A stretch of 62,108 nucleotides of DNA, the filler included, from Choristocarpus tenellus KU-1152 (lineage: Eukaryota; Protista; Phaeophyceae): NCBI GenBank assembly GCA_964200185.2. It is 8 parts of 8 records of this genome, joined end to end, with 100 filler letters (N's around TTAATTAATTAA, not from the genome) between each part and the next. Parts side by side here need not be neighbours in the genome. Positions count along the whole stretch, not along the records: positions 1 to 21,081 come from CAXNAD020000363.1; 7 more parts are not named here. One strand, 5' to 3'. The position numbers and the translations under genes are program-made. The notes under the pieces were generated by a model. It was not told the origin of the DNA. It worked only from the letters and a program-made list of their open reading frames with translations, and did no database searches. This document shows, in pieces, positions 1 through 15,000 of this stretch (within the stretch, counting starts at the first letter, position 1; each line of letters opens with the position of its first letter).

Positions 1-26
1 CTCCCCCCCCCCAGATACTTTGGGTC
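1..26. mobile_element. MITE family B, terminal fragment
   Basis: poly-C + AGATACTTTGGGTC matches the TIR of the full copies at 44508 and 60603. Confidence 0.75.
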
Positions 27-52
27 AGTAGAAATAAAGCAACTATACAGAC

Positions 53-3000
53 CTATTGCGCAGAGAAAAACGCTCCTCTCGTGAATCTCCCACTTTGCAC
101 CGCCCAAACTCAAGTGAGCCATCGTTCTTCCTTGACCGTGTTTTTCTAGCCTGTCCAATCCCTCCACGTCCAATCCCCACACCATCCTCAGAGACCAAGA
201 CTTTCTGCTTCTCGCCTCTTCGACCTGCTGTCCCAACGTCCGCGATCTCATTTGTACTTTCTGCCTCAGCAGCCAGTGCTTCTTCCTCTGTTTCAAAAGC
301 GACTGCATGTATTCGGTAGGACTCGGAAATGACCTTAACCTGCGTGGCATGTAAGTTGAGGAAGACATATGAACTTCTTGCTCATGTCAGGTGGGATTTG
401 AGGACATGATTATTGTCCATAGCTTGGATTGCTCTGGGGACACATGGAACACTATATTAGATGCACTAAATATAGGGTGATATGGGCACACACAGGTTGC
501 ATGAATGTTTATAATGGGTACTCTTAGGAATCTGTTAATGTTTTGAGCGGGTAAACGTGATATCCCCAGATGATAACCTTGTAATTTAGTTTCTCCCTCA
601 GTATTTTGGTTTTACTTACATTCCCAGAGAGAGGACAGATACTATCAGGTCATTTGAGAGCAAATGGGAAGAGAGGAGAATCCTTACCCAGAGCAGCGAT
701 GGCTCTATGAGTCAAACCAACCACAATACAAGTTATATGTAAGGTTGAAGGTGTAAGACTGCATAGAAAAAGCATCCTGGTCATTTACTATGAAATTTTC
801 ACCATATGATTGATTAAAAAATACTGCATTTCAAATATCATGCCTGTTTCTTGAATTGGGAGATCACCCCCATCCTGACAGATGTACTTGATGGATTTGA
901 CCCTCTGCCTCATTTGATTCCATCCATGTCATCTCACGCTGCTGTGAAAGAACTAGAACAATCTAACCAAGATTTTTCCAAACATGACTGTTAAGGTAAG
1001 GATCCCAAAATCTGTATTCACATCTGCACCCTCTTTCTATGTGATAATGATGCTTACATTGTCTTATTATGGAGCTAGAGAGTTTTAGTACACCTTTCTT
1101 GCTCCTTGCTCCTTGCTCCTTGCACAATCCACACAACTCCGTGCTACTACTTATAACCTAACCTGAAATCCAACCTGAATGGAAACCCATGTCCAGCTTT
1201 TTCTTGTAAGGTGAGAGGTGGCAAGAAATCTCATCTACTGAGCAGCTAAGTGCTTGCTTACAACAGCATCCCACCTCCTCCCGCTGGACACGACTCTCCC
1301 CTCCTGGCCCAAAACCAACTTCTGTGTCACAGTATTCTAGTCCAAGACGTGGCTGGAATATCCCTTCCTTGATAGCAGAAAACATGACAGTCACTCTGGG
1401 GGGGATGACCGTACAAGGGATGAGCCTTGTGTGAGAATTCGAAATTGGTATTTCCTCTGCCAAGAGAATAGCCGGTGATTAGCGAAACATTATGATTGTG
1501 CCAAGAGGGGAATAATTTTTCTATGTTCAGTCAAATAGGTTTCCCTAAATCTGCAATGTCTTTGCCAACCTATCACTCATCCGATTTCAATTTTATTCAT
1601 ATCTTCGTATGCTAATATAATTGTCAATTTAGGTCAAGAAATCCCTAATTTGTGAATCTTCATATTGGTTGATTCTTCATGCAGTGTTTTTTTCAATGAT
1701 ATCATTAAAAGATTTGCGTTTTATTTTCTAAATTTGCGTAACACATATTGAGCCAAGGTTAACATTCACCTCTGAAGGTTGTATACATCATATTCTCGGA
1801 CAAGTTTCCAAAGGTTTATTGGGAACAATTGCACAAATAATGTAGGATATGATCAAGCTTATACTAGACTATGGCACCCAATTGACACGACCTGTACACA
1901 ACCCTGTTCCCCCAGTTTACCTGGCCACTCCTCCTACTTCGAGCACCCCCTCTGGGGGGGAAGGCATCATGCGGAACTCATCCATCCCATCCACCTCGGT
2001 GGTGTCCAATCGCCAAGCACATGCTACACCACATACATTTCTCAAGTAGAACTCCCTGGACTCCGTGCGACCCAAGAGCAACCGGTCAAAGTCTAGGAGG
2101 GGACAGGCTTCCTCCAGCTCTTGGACCCTTGCCTCTGCAACTGTCAGGCGAGGGTCCTGCTCCTTGTTTGGAGGGCTTGAGGAATTGGAACTATCCTGGA
2201 GGATTTTCTGAAGGCCCATGAGGTTTAGTGAGTGTATGCAGCCAGACAGGAATCACATGTCAGCAACGTATATGAAGCCGTAGGGCCAGTAATGTGAGCA
2301 TTATGATGTCAGAAGTTTGGACTGGTTAGGTGGCCCAACAGAAGAATACAAGAAGAAAACAACATGGGCGCCGAGAAAATTTCTACTCAGTGTACATCTC
2401 TTGTGATATATTTTCAGCCGGGGTAAGAATACCTCAACATTGATTTTAAAGGTATCTTGTGAGATGAGAAAAATAGTTATATTGATATAAATCAGATTGA
2501 TGGGGGTTCTGAGAGGTAGAATGACTTCAAAATCTGTGAAATACTTGAAATGAGTATCTCTAGCAATAAGTGAATTCAAGAAGTGCGACGACATATTCTT
2601 TGATAACGATATACTCTAAGAATACCTCATTCAATTCTTCCAAAAGAGCTCTTTCGAGTGCCAATTCCTCCTTCCATGGCCCATCCAGATTCACTCTTGG
2701 GACTGCTCCAGAGCAGGAGATAGGGAACAACACTGGATGCGGGTTGTCTGACACGCATGCAATCAAGGTATCCTGACCATTATGTTTAAAGATAACATAT
2801 ATGGAAGGGGTGGATTGAGTGGAGAGAATAGGATATGCTGCACGTTAGGTGTTCTTGTAGCCTTAGAGAAGATAACATCTCTCAAAGCCTTTCGAGAGTT
2901 GATGCCTCAACTTTTTACCTATTTACCAAGCTCTTTATTTCTTCATTGTGTTCAAGGCGCATCTGCACAGTACTGTTGACACAGCAACACATAATGTCCC

Positions 3001-6000
3001 AAGATTTATGATGGCAAAGTGAATTTTTATTGTGGTGTAGTCATGAAAGCTTGGGAAGGTGTGCCGTTTTAAGTGCAGCCATGAATACCATGTAATCTTG
3101 CTCTAACCAAATGTTCATTTGAATATCACTCAATATATTATTCCAATACTGTATATTCTCTAGGTCACTAATGTAAAGATAGAGCACAATTTCCCAATAT
3201 ATTTCTTTTCCTGATAAATGTCATTCGAATCCCAGAGTACATGCATGTGGGGTAGAGTATAACATTGAGCATACAAAACAGAGAAAAAAGGGCAATTTCC
3301 ACATGTTACTTGCATTACAATTGCAGCCTATAAAATTGCACAGGGTGAAGTCTATGAAAGTGTGAAATCCATCTCCAGAGCGAAAGTATCTTAGAGGGTA
3401 GAGCCGCGTCCAGTTGAGGGCCAAAATCCAATGTTACGATTTTGATGTAGTTTTGGCTATTGTGTTTGTGAGGAAGTGTCAGTATCCATGTTCTGGACAA
3501 AAAATTACAATGTATACATTTGACCTACTCCTAAACATTTTGGAGTAGGAAAATATCATAAAAAACTCTATGGGAAGCCAAGCCCCCAAATGGACAAACA
3601 GGGCACAACTTGTACCCTCTAAGATACTTTCACTCTCCACCCTTCAGGAAAAAATCACTCCATCGTGTTGCTTTCTGCAATTTGATCTGAAGGTTGGGCT
3701 AGATTGAAACAGAGAGAATTACTGCACTCCTAGAATATTTTGAACTCTACTCATGCAATTGCTTTTCACTTCCTGAAACCTTTTGTCTTGAGATACAATA
3801 TCTCAGAGCATAGGCTTTGGAAGGAGTGAGAGGTGTCTGGGCAAACGCCAGAACCCTGTAGTTTACTATCTCTTAAACCATACCCTGTAGGTCTTGGCCT
3901 CCGGTGGGAAGGCCCACACCCGAAGCTCTCCTGTCTCCCCAACAGCCAAGTTGAGTGACTCTGGTTCCACATAGAATATCTGGTTATGATCAATATATAT
4001 GTATGGGGGAGCAGGTGGTTCGTGATCCTCAATCTAGAACAAAGATGCACTCTCCTCCAGACTGGTTTGTCTTTGTCCACTCCTACCTAAGTGATATTTA
4101 GCACTTCAATATTCTCGAATGAAAAAATCAGGTGAGTCTCCTGCTACTGCATGAGCACTGCTAATTTTTTTGTAACCTTTGCGGAGTTGCATCAGGTCTA
4201 CTTCAAAGTGGTGCATTGACTTGAGGTTTGAATAATTGTCATCATTGTGTCTCTGCACCTTGTTTGAGGGTGGTGATAAATGGTCTCCATCAGAATTTGA
4301 CGACACCGATTCACCAGCACCACAGTCAAGGCTAGTAGTCTATAGAATAGAGTGAGGTGAAGAGTAGATTGGTTGGATGGGGTGAGTTACAGGAGTAAGG
4401 TGGGTATAGTAGTATGAGGCCATCGATTGAATTCATATACATTCCATGAAGGACTAGTACTCACCACGTTGTGAAATCCAGTACAACACTGATCAATAGT
4501 GTCCCACAAAAGAAATTTGGAGGAGTTCGAGAATATGCCGTTCAATATCTCCCTTTTTTCCCCACATTCAAGTATTTTCTTGTGTGGTGGTGAATATCTC
4601 ACCTGTGACTTGTCGAATGCGAGCATGACATGAGCAGGGAACCGGCCATTGTTGGAGATGCGAAATATCTCTGCATTGATCTTAACCAGGGCTCTGTGGG
4701 CTTCTTCCTCTGCCCTGATTCTTTCCAGGGTTTTTTCTGTGGCGGAGGAAAGTGCCTCTTCTGAGAGAGGCTTTGGAGCATGTCTGAGGAAGAGTTGGAA
4801 GCGAGGATAAGATGCAGAAGTTGATCTGAGACTCAATTAAGATGAAAGAATCTCTGATTGGATTGTCAGGATTCAGGTGAGTGGCAAAAATGTAGGTTTT
4901 TTATATAGGAGAGGTATATACTAGGTTAGGTCCTTTTTGTTCATTGAGCTGTCTTTGTTCTTGAATGGAGTTTACGACCTGTTCTAAGAAGAATGGGCCC
5001 CAGTAAGATGCTATTCTCATGTACTTCCTCTCTTCAATTCATCAATACTCCAATTAAGCCCCGTTGACTAGGAAGTTCTCACACTCGCCTGTGCCCTGGT
5101 ACCTTCCATGTTAGCAGGGGCCCAAACTCGTACGTTCCCCTGGACATGACAAAACGCTTGCTTACAGGTGGCACAGCCCCCTCTGGCCGATGTTTGATAC
5201 GCCTCATAAATACACTTCTTGGATCAGAATTGATGGAAGGGAATGTACAATCGCCCCTTATGTGGAGTGTGTGCTGACGTCCAGTTCCCACAGTCTCAAA
5301 GGCCAAGGGGACATCATATTGACCCACCGTTGAACTGGAGAACTTGACTATGATTTGCACAGATTCTCTGGCACGTATCTTTTGTGGAATCATGGAGAAA
5401 GGGGATAAATATTGAAGGAAGCACACTAGAATTTGGCGTGAGGGAGAGAAAAAAAATGGTGAGTGTGGTGTAATGGGGAGATGATCTATACATATTTGTT
5501 GGACTAGTGTGGAATGCGCTCTTTCTGAGCAGTGTATTGGATTAATGATCTACCCCCTCATCATGCAAGTCTGTGCTAAATTTCTTCTTCTTTGCCCAGT
5601 AGGAACCCATGAGAAGTACCTGAAGTTTGACTGAAGTGGAATTTGACTGGTTTGATAGGGATTTAATCTCATGGGTGCCATATTATCCACTGTGACTATC
5701 ATGATGAGGCATTCCACCAAGGTAGATATTGTCTAGCCATCTGTGAGGGTCAAAGGCCAGCCCTACTGGCCAACATTACCACTCTAAGATGTGCCTACTA
5801 GTGAACTTGGATTAGGAGCTTTTGGAGCTCCAAGAGGAATTTCTCACCATTTTTTCTTCTAACGATGGTCTAAGTCTTGACATTCAAATATTAAAAGTGG
5901 CCAATTCTCAGCTTTGCCAGTATCAATTTATTAGGTACAGATTGATCTATTGCCAAGAATATTTTCATTTTATTGCTTCACAGCTCCCACCTGGGTTTCG

Positions 6001-9000
6001 ATTTTGGAAGAGAAAAAGCGACAGGTCTGTTCATGTTTGAGTAGTGCTGGGTCTAAAATATAACATTCCAAGTTCGGTACACAGCAAAAGTATAGTGTTA
6101 TCAATGTCAAAAATCTCATCTTGTAACACTACTGTGTGATAGTTGACATATGGCACACAGAATAATACTGGTCCAAGTGACATGTACCAGTGCCAAATTC
6201 ATGCGGTCTCATGTATAATTCAGGATATTTTGATCCTAGTTTGAGGATGAGACTTCGTGTTTTGGATGAGTGACAGTATCTTAGAGGGTATGAGTTTTGC
6301 CCTGTTTGTCCATTTGGGGCTTGGCTTCTCATAGATTATTTTATGACATTGGTACTCAAAATTGTTTCGGAGCAGGTAAAATGAATATTATGGACGTGGC
6401 TCTACCCTCTAAGACACACTGACTCGGAACCTTGATCTCATACTGCTCAAATGAAGAGGAGAGGTTGTATAAACAATAACGCTAATACATTATTTGGAAT
6501 TTCATACTAGTACATCCAGTACAAACTTGAATGCCTTCCATGATTCAGAATTTGATGAGGCAGAGAGGTTGCAGTTTAAACACATAGTATTGGCCAAACT
6601 CAAATATTCTGTACATAGTAGGACATTCAATTGGTGAAAAAGTGCTACCTCTTGCCACCTTACGAACCCTGACATGATTCATCAGCTTCCCTGTCCTGGA
6701 GCAAGAGTCATTCTTCCATAGGACAAAACATATTTTTTCTCCATAGCATGGAGCTATCCCATATAACCTTAGGACAATTCCGATCGCACCAGATCTTGTT
6801 GATCCTTCATACGCAAAATCTCGGATTTGCTGGACGCTCCAATTTGTAGTATATTTCGAAGCATATATTATGTACTGCATGTATATGTACTGGAGGGTAG
6901 AAAAAAACTCCTACTACTAGAATATTAGCTTACGGAAAAAGATTTAATTATGCCAAAATCTTCACGCTATTAAGGTGATTACATATACACCTTCACATCC
7001 ACATGCACATGTTCGTCCTCCTATCAGTCCATACCCGTAGTAGCTCTGAACTTACCACCCATCGATAAGGGTTGCCTTCCTGCACCCCCAATATGATCCC
7101 CTTCTCTCCTGACGACTGCTTCGACCATTGGCATTGTGTCTCCTCTTCCTTGAGCTTGACGTCTCTTCCAGTCGGTGTACTTTGTGACCCTGATTGCACA
7201 GATTGGATGTCTACTCTTGCTAGAGGCGTGCGTTGTCCACGAGGACTTGGACGACGAATCACCTGCCGAACCTTATCTGCCGGAATTGGAAGTTCCCCAG
7301 GCTCCAGCAGAGGGGTTACTGGCCCTGGGATAAGCTCCAGAGCTCTCCTAAAGTGATCCTCAGCACCCTCCAATATTCCCAAGCCGACCTTGATTACCCT
7401 TGGTCCTAGTGAGTCTGGGATAGCGATATTTTCCGCCTGTCCCTTCCAGGCTGGACTATTTTCGTGAGTGCCAGTAGCCGGGGAAGTATGACTGGAGGTG
7501 AAGGAGTCATGAATGGAATGATGAATTGTTTGAGCAGGCACTTCATTGCCACTGCTAGTCTCGATATCATCCTTACCGACATTGCTGTTATCAACTTGTT
7601 CGTCTGAACTGTCCATCTCCTCATGACCCTCCTCATCCTGCCCCCTTGAGCTTGAGAATGCTGATACCACATCCAGCTCCAAATCATTACAGAATTGTGT
7701 GTATGAGTCCACAGCAGTGTTGGATGCATCTGGGTTAATATCTTCCCCAGAGTTTGAGTCATCCCCAGCTTTGCCATTAATAGTCTCTGAGGATGATCGG
7801 CCCTTTTCCCTGTAATTTGTGCAGGTGAGCTTAATGCTTGGAAATGCAACTTGATAGGGGTGGACTGAATGAGTGCTACTGTGTCGGGCAGAAGTACAAA
7901 CATATGTCCTAGAGTAAGAAGCCTTGTTTCGTCAATATATGAGTGGTGTGGTGATGGGGCATACCAACAGTAACCTACATATGAGCACCAAGGCACCTTC
8001 TAAGGTTAATGTAAGCATATGATCGTGACAAATATTTCCCTTCGACAAACATTGCTTGCTAGTAAGAGACCTCAAGCGCACAGGCATAGAATAGCAACGA
8101 CTTCAATGCGATAGGTTGACAACACCAGCAACAATAGTGATCAATCAAAGACAACTTGCTAGGTTCTTTGCCCGGGCACTCAAAAGATGGGATGTACTAC
8201 TACATGTCAATTACTGCAAATAGATCTTACCCATCAACTGTTGCCACATCTACATCCTTCTCCATCCCATCCTCCTCAGGTACTGCTTCTAAATTGCCAT
8301 TCCTGCCATCTTCCATAGAGTCAAGCACATTAGACACACGTGATGTGAGGCGACATGCGCGGTCATAGAGAATGCGGTTTCGACTCTCCTCCTGCTGGTA
8401 GTGCTCCTGTTGTTGGCGGTCATCAAGCCCCCATATCTCTGTTTCCGAGAGCTCCTACAATAAGAGAGAAAAAATAATTCCAGGAGGGAGAAAGGCAGCA
8501 ACTCATGATCAATGGATCTTCCGTATTTTGGGTCTTTGGTCAAATCATTGCACAAATAAAGATTGGCATTGCAAAAATTAGGTATGTGTTTGTGTATGTA
8601 CTGATTAATGATAATGGGACAAATTTTGGGCAAGAAGGTTGTGAAAATGAGAAAACACATCCAAATTGTGGTTACTGTAAGAGAAAAGCTGCAAATAGTT
8701 ACTTTGTGAAGGAGGCATTGACCACTGTCCATAAAAACATGACAATGGACCCTCCAGCCTCAAAGATAGATGCTCAGTATTAATCGTTGAGAAAGTCAAA
8801 TAAATCTCATCCATTTCAGAATATGTAAGGTGTTGTAATTAGTGACTAATAGGCCATCTTTTGTTTTCATTTTAGGTTGACCTTCATCCTCCCCTATGAT
8901 CTGTTGTCTGGCTTACCCGCCATGGAGGCATCGATGTATGATCTCCTTCAAGGTCCCAAGTTGGTTCCTCCAGGGCTACTGGCTGAGGGTGTGGTACAGC

Positions 9001-12000
9001 ATCGATCTGGTCCTTGCCCTCAACTATTTCTTCCGGGTTAATCTTGTTGACCTCTTCCTCTCCATTGGCTGATTCCATGTTGCTTACTTCATTTTCTTCC
9101 TTCTCTCCTTCCACCCCATCGATTTGCCCTCTTCCCTCCTTGCTCGACCCCCATTTTACACTCTCCATCACTGTGGATTCAGTACAGCCGAATTCCTCTG
9201 GGGAGGATAGGTCTGCAAAATCATTGGCGAATTGCGTCTTTGTGTGTTCAGCTTGCCCTCTGATATGGCGGAGATGCGTAATGTAGCTGCGTTTCCAATG
9301 TTTTGGTCAGGTTGAAATTTGATGGGAAAGGGAAAGGTGAGAAATTGTCAGTTTTGTTTTATGATTAGGTGGGAGTGGGTTGCAAGAATGCGCACTTGGG
9401 TCAAGGCAGTCTAGAATAGTGAATGAGTGGGGACTACTCTAGAGTGTACATGGCTATCTTCAGCCACCAATACATGGTGTAGTCTTTGAGCTGCTTGTCA
9501 TGTCTCAATGAAAACTTCTTTCAGCTATTGCAAACCGCATCTATATATTCTTATCGTCCAACACAACCAAAAGTCATAGTATTGTAAGGAGCACCCGTCC
9601 TTTATGGTAGATAAAGTAGTGTGGCAGGTTGAATCAAACATCCTTTTTGATGTCACCAAGAGCATTCTCTATGGCTCTCCTCCACCCCCTAGACTAAACA
9701 GCAATTCCTATCTAAGCTCTCACCCTTCATGTCCATCAGGGAATGTCACAATGATGAGCCTTGATCGTGGCATAGCCCTAGCCACTGCTTGGGCAACTTC
9801 ACCCTTGGTTAATCCTTGCCCAGCCGTTATGTCATCAAGAACAACTCCATGGCTACAATCATGTTGAGATAGGCGCCATCTCAGGACATCCACAAGCAAA
9901 TCAACAGAAAGCTGCTCTGGTGCTAGTAGGGAATGCAGGGACACTTCTGCCTCCCCAGTTTTATGCTCCACAATTGGCGGTGAACCCTTGTAGGTAGGGT
10001 GAGTAGGAAGAGGTGACTTGAGAGTGCGCAATGAATGATGATAACTTATGTGGTAGAATAGACTATGAAAAGTTAGTGTGAAAGCATCTTAGAGGGTACG
10101 AGTTTTGCTCTGTCCGTTTTTGACTTGACTTCCCACGGGTTGTTTATGGCATTTCACCTCCTCTGAAACACTTTGGAGTAGGTAAAATGTCAACGTTATG
10201 AAAATGTGTATTTGGAGCAAGGATATTGACACTTCTTAACAAACACATGGCCAAAATTACATCAAAATCGCAACATTGGATTTTGAACCCCAGACGGACG
10301 CGGCTCTACCCTCTAGGGTACTTCAACTCTTACTTCTATATGATTAGCAGTGTAGCAGTGAAGAACAGGGAGAAAAAAGTGGGTATCTGCAATGAGGTTT
10401 AATTTCCCGGACGAGTGAGAAGCTGGTGCTTCCTGTCTAAGTCCAACAAAAAAATTCCTTGAAGAATGGTCAATCCAACCTGGAAAATTATCTGCTAGTT
10501 ACCCTTGGATACATCTTACTCCTATTATCGAAAATAAGTAACACCTCATGCACAGAATTGAAATAAAACAAATATCATCGGTTTCTTTAAGAGAAGTAGG
10601 GGAAAAGGTAATACTTACTGTCGTTTATGGAAAATATTCAGAACCTGAAATATGAAAGCATGATGCATTTATTCATCATTATGACATCATTGGAAACAAC
10701 ACCCACCAAAGCACAGTGAGAATCAAGTTCGAAGCGTGTATTCTTATGATTCTGGTTGCGAAGAGGTTCTGATTAGGTCGTACTTGCTAAGGCTGATCAC
10801 CTTCTTGTTCTTTGTTCCTGGTACTCCTAGGGTATGTTCCTTGGCCTCAATAGCGGCTTGTTCCTGAGCCGCAATTACCTCATTTGCCCAACATGACTTC
10901 ACAGGATGCGCAAACAGTGTATTTTGTGTGTTGCATTAATATGTAAGGGTACGGATATTGGATAGTAATTTGTCGATATACTTTGAAGCATTAATGTATA
11001 TATATATATATGTGTGTGTGTCTGAGATATGGGGATGGAAAATATAGTTTAGTTCCACCAACAAGAGATAAAATGTTGAAAATTATGAGAATGGGCATAC
11101 TTCCATGGATTAACAGAACATAGACTCTCCAAAGAAGAGCATCCCAGTTCTCCTTATCCACCAGCCCAAACTTATTATTTTGCTTATGTATTTACAAAAG
11201 GTACGTCCTCATCTCCATGGCTCCAATTCCCTTGACGCTGCTCATTGCACAGAGACGATCCCTCAACCCAGGATCTCAGGACAAGCAGCATTGTTGTATC
11301 GATTTGCATGAGATGCAGCAGATATATATATATATATATATGAATACAACCACTCATGGCAAAGATCAGACAAGTACAAGGATGGGGGATAGAGTGAGGA
11401 GGGGGTGACATAGCTTCCCTCACCTCCTCATTGCTCGAGAACTTGTGGAGAGCGGCACGTATACGTGCACCAAGGGCATTTCTTTGTTTAACTGCCTTTG
11501 CCAAAGCCATGCCCACAGTGAGGCGAATGGTCTGGTATCTATCGGCCATGTGTTGGGCTAAAGTGGACTTGCCCGAAAGGATTGGACCAATCACAATAAG
11601 ATCATGTTCCTTGCCCATTTCGCGTGGTGTAGGTTCTCGGTCCCACTCTGGAGTAGGATCAATTATCTCCTGCTCAAGCCATGGGTCATCCCCATAAGGA
11701 TCTCTGTCATGCTCCCATTCATTGTCCTCTTCACCAAAGGCCCCTGCCTTTGCAAGACCCTGGTCTCCTGTGGCATCCATATCAGTGCCAGTTGATATCA
11801 CGCGTGCTCGAATCTCATTATCTGAACCGCTCACAGTGAAAGTTTCTGAAAATGGATATGTGCTGCCCTCAGAATTTTGTCGATCCAAACGCTCTTCTCC
11901 TTTCTGACTATTCACTGCTTGTTGCAAAAGAGAGTGGTGGAGCCCACTGCCAGGTTTTCGTGGAGGTAATCGTAGGGTTCCATCTGAAGCAAACCCACCC

Positions 12001-15000
12001 CTCTCCACCAAGATTGCCTCTTCTTGCAGGTAGGCCTTTGGGGTAAGCGAGGGACAATATAGGTAGTACTTTTATTAAGGCTAACCTGAGCATATGCCTG
12101 CTGCTGATGGTTCAGGAGGGAGGGAGCGAGTGCATGCACTACAGTCATATCTGCACTCGCTGAATATTGAGTGCAAACACAGAAGTGTAGTAAGTTCAAC
12201 AAATTCCTTGGGCACAGTAGCTCATGTGCAAGAATCACATTACAATGTACAGGGAAAATTGTTCAAGATATTTGCTAGGGGCTTGAAAGTGAGAAAATCC
12301 TGATAGGACCAAAATTCTTTCTCCATCATATTGCAAGAAGGCCAATTTTAGGGCATCTCCTTACCTTGTCGAAGTCCAAAGAAAACACCTCAATATCCCA
12401 CACGCTCTCATTTCGCATTTCCACCTCCATTTGGTCACCATCTTCGGAGTGGGGCAGCACCGGTCCCAGCTCCACAAGAGGAGGGTAAAACGTGATCCTC
12501 GGCTGGACTCCCTGTCAAATCATGAGATCAACGTATCCCAAAGTTCCAGAGGGGTGAGTCACACACCATGGGTAGGGTTTAAACCTTGGGAAGAAGAGGG
12601 TGCAAACATGAATACAAAAGGTACAGTTCTGTATGGTACAATGAGGCAAACCAATGTGGCCGTTGATATAGCAGCTAGACATATATCAACTGAACTCTGC
12701 AAAATCTTTAGGTCTGGCTGACTTGACAATGCATCAAAAGTCGATAGTGCTCCACCCTCTTGTTCAAAAAATCCCAACATGTTTCACAACACTCTATCTT
12801 GATCTTGCGCATCTCGATCACAGCTACAGGGCAGAAACGTTCAATAGTTACTCTTGACTGTTGAGATTAAAGCTACTCATTAATGCTATGTAGACGGTAT
12901 TGATTCTATCCTTGTTGTCATTGCACACTATTCCGTCTCTCACTCTGCCCTGTAGCACCAATGGAACAACTTTGGATGTGCTGGCAAGCCTGATGCCGAG
13001 TTTCACCGTACAAGCCCTATCCTCTGTTGGTATGAATTCAACCTGTGGATTGAGTTATCAGAGGTATCATTCAGAAGGACATGCTCTGGGGATGAAGGAT
13101 ATTCAAGTGGAATTTGCTGCATGAAAAAATATATTACAGATATACAGAGTAGCATTAGGGAGATAGGCAACAATAGTGAGACTGGATGGGGTCTTAGGCG
13201 GTGGATGGCACAATGGATGTGTGCGCTAGAGTCACATTGCTCTCATCCCTTTGCAGTTCCATTAACCTCTTCCCTGGCCCCCTCCTCTTGCCCTCCCCAC
13301 CTTCACGTTGACCTTCTGATTCCTTGACAGGGACCCACCACAAGGTTGTATTTGAAATCGGGCCTCATCACGAGCATCACCAAAGAGGCGCTTGAAATCC
13401 CATTCAGCAATTACAGGACTCACATTACGAAGCTAGAAGCAGAGCATGCAAAGATGGAGATGTTGAGTAGATTGTTGAGTCATTCCTCACTACATACAAG
13501 GTCAAACGAAGGTCAAGATTAGAACATCGCTTGGAAAATTATGTTTCAGGTCTTGAAAAAATGTACATGGGTGTAAAACGAAATTATATGGGCAAGTATT
13601 GAGAAAAGAGACAAGGGAAAAATACCGACTTTTTCCATCATCAACCACTCCTTACCTCCCTGTATTATATAAGTATCACCTGTATGTGCTTAGTCTTGCT
13701 CTGGCCAACAAGTACATCCCCAAAGTCCAGCATTTCCTCTGACACTTCTACCTCTGGGGCCGTTACATTTGCCTTGAGAACTATTATTGTTGGGGGCCCA
13801 TGCTTAATACGTACGAGAAGCTCAAGAGATCGAACTCCGTGCGGAAACCCCTTCCTAAGAAATTGGTATTGATCAGGGATGTGTGAGAACGAAACATGGA
13901 TGCAGTTGTGGGGACAGAGGTGAAGGTAATGGTGTCAAAGTCTGAATTTGTTTTGATGGAATGACCTTGGTGAAGACATTACAGTGGTCATAGAACCTAC
14001 ATATACTACTGATTTCTTACTACTGAAAAACTCAAAATATATATATTTTTTTATATCTCCTGAGATTTTATTTCAAGGTGACTTCCCTCAAGGGAGATTT
14101 ATTGTTGTGAAAGGTGTATTCCCTACTGTGAGTGCCTAGATATTTGTTTGTTGGAGTTGTATGTCATCTTCACATTTTGTATAAGCACGTACTAATAGAC
14201 CCTGTTGAAAGGAATTGTTTTGTCACTTTCAGTGGTTCCCATACCATCACAACGATGCGTTTGGGTGTATTGATGTTTCAAGTATTCATCTTTATAAAAA
14301 TTAAGAAGTGAACAGGTTTTGGGTAGTTGAGGCAAGAAGGGTCAGAGATCCAGTTCTGTAGATTCCTCATAAATTTAGGTGCTTCATCCCGCAGAGTATT
14401 CTTTCATGCATACTTTTGTCTCCCTCTATCGCTGTGCAGTCATATTTTTTGTTTGATTCTTCCTTGAAATGAAGAAGCTGACCTTGCTTGAAAGGTAGCT
14501 GTGAAGGATGCACTAGCCCCCTCTGGAAGCCGAACCACCTTCTCTGGGTCTATTGCATACCCCGTTCCCGCCATTGTGTTCTTGTCAAAAACCCAGGAAA
14601 CAGGGCCAACCTGCTTCATGAAGAAGAGAATAGGACGGACTGTAAATCTGCCTGACTTAGTCAAAATTATACTTTCATCGACAGCTGGATTGCCTCAGTT
14701 TACCTTTGAAATATCTGAAGTAATATCCAGAGTCATGCATTTCAACTGTCACAACAATGATAAGGAAAGGTGGAAATAGTTGTCCTCCCCAAGAGTCCAT
14801 ACTCCTTGGAACTTTTCCCTAGATATATTCAATGGGCTGTAGCAATCCCTTTAAAATATTCAGTATATTAGTCACCTTGTTCACCCCTCTACACTTATCT
14901 TCAACACTCCTCACCTTTCCGGTATTAACTATTCGGAAGACCTTCTTCTTCGTGAAGCCAACAACCACATTCCCAAAGTCTGCCACATGACGAGCGATGA

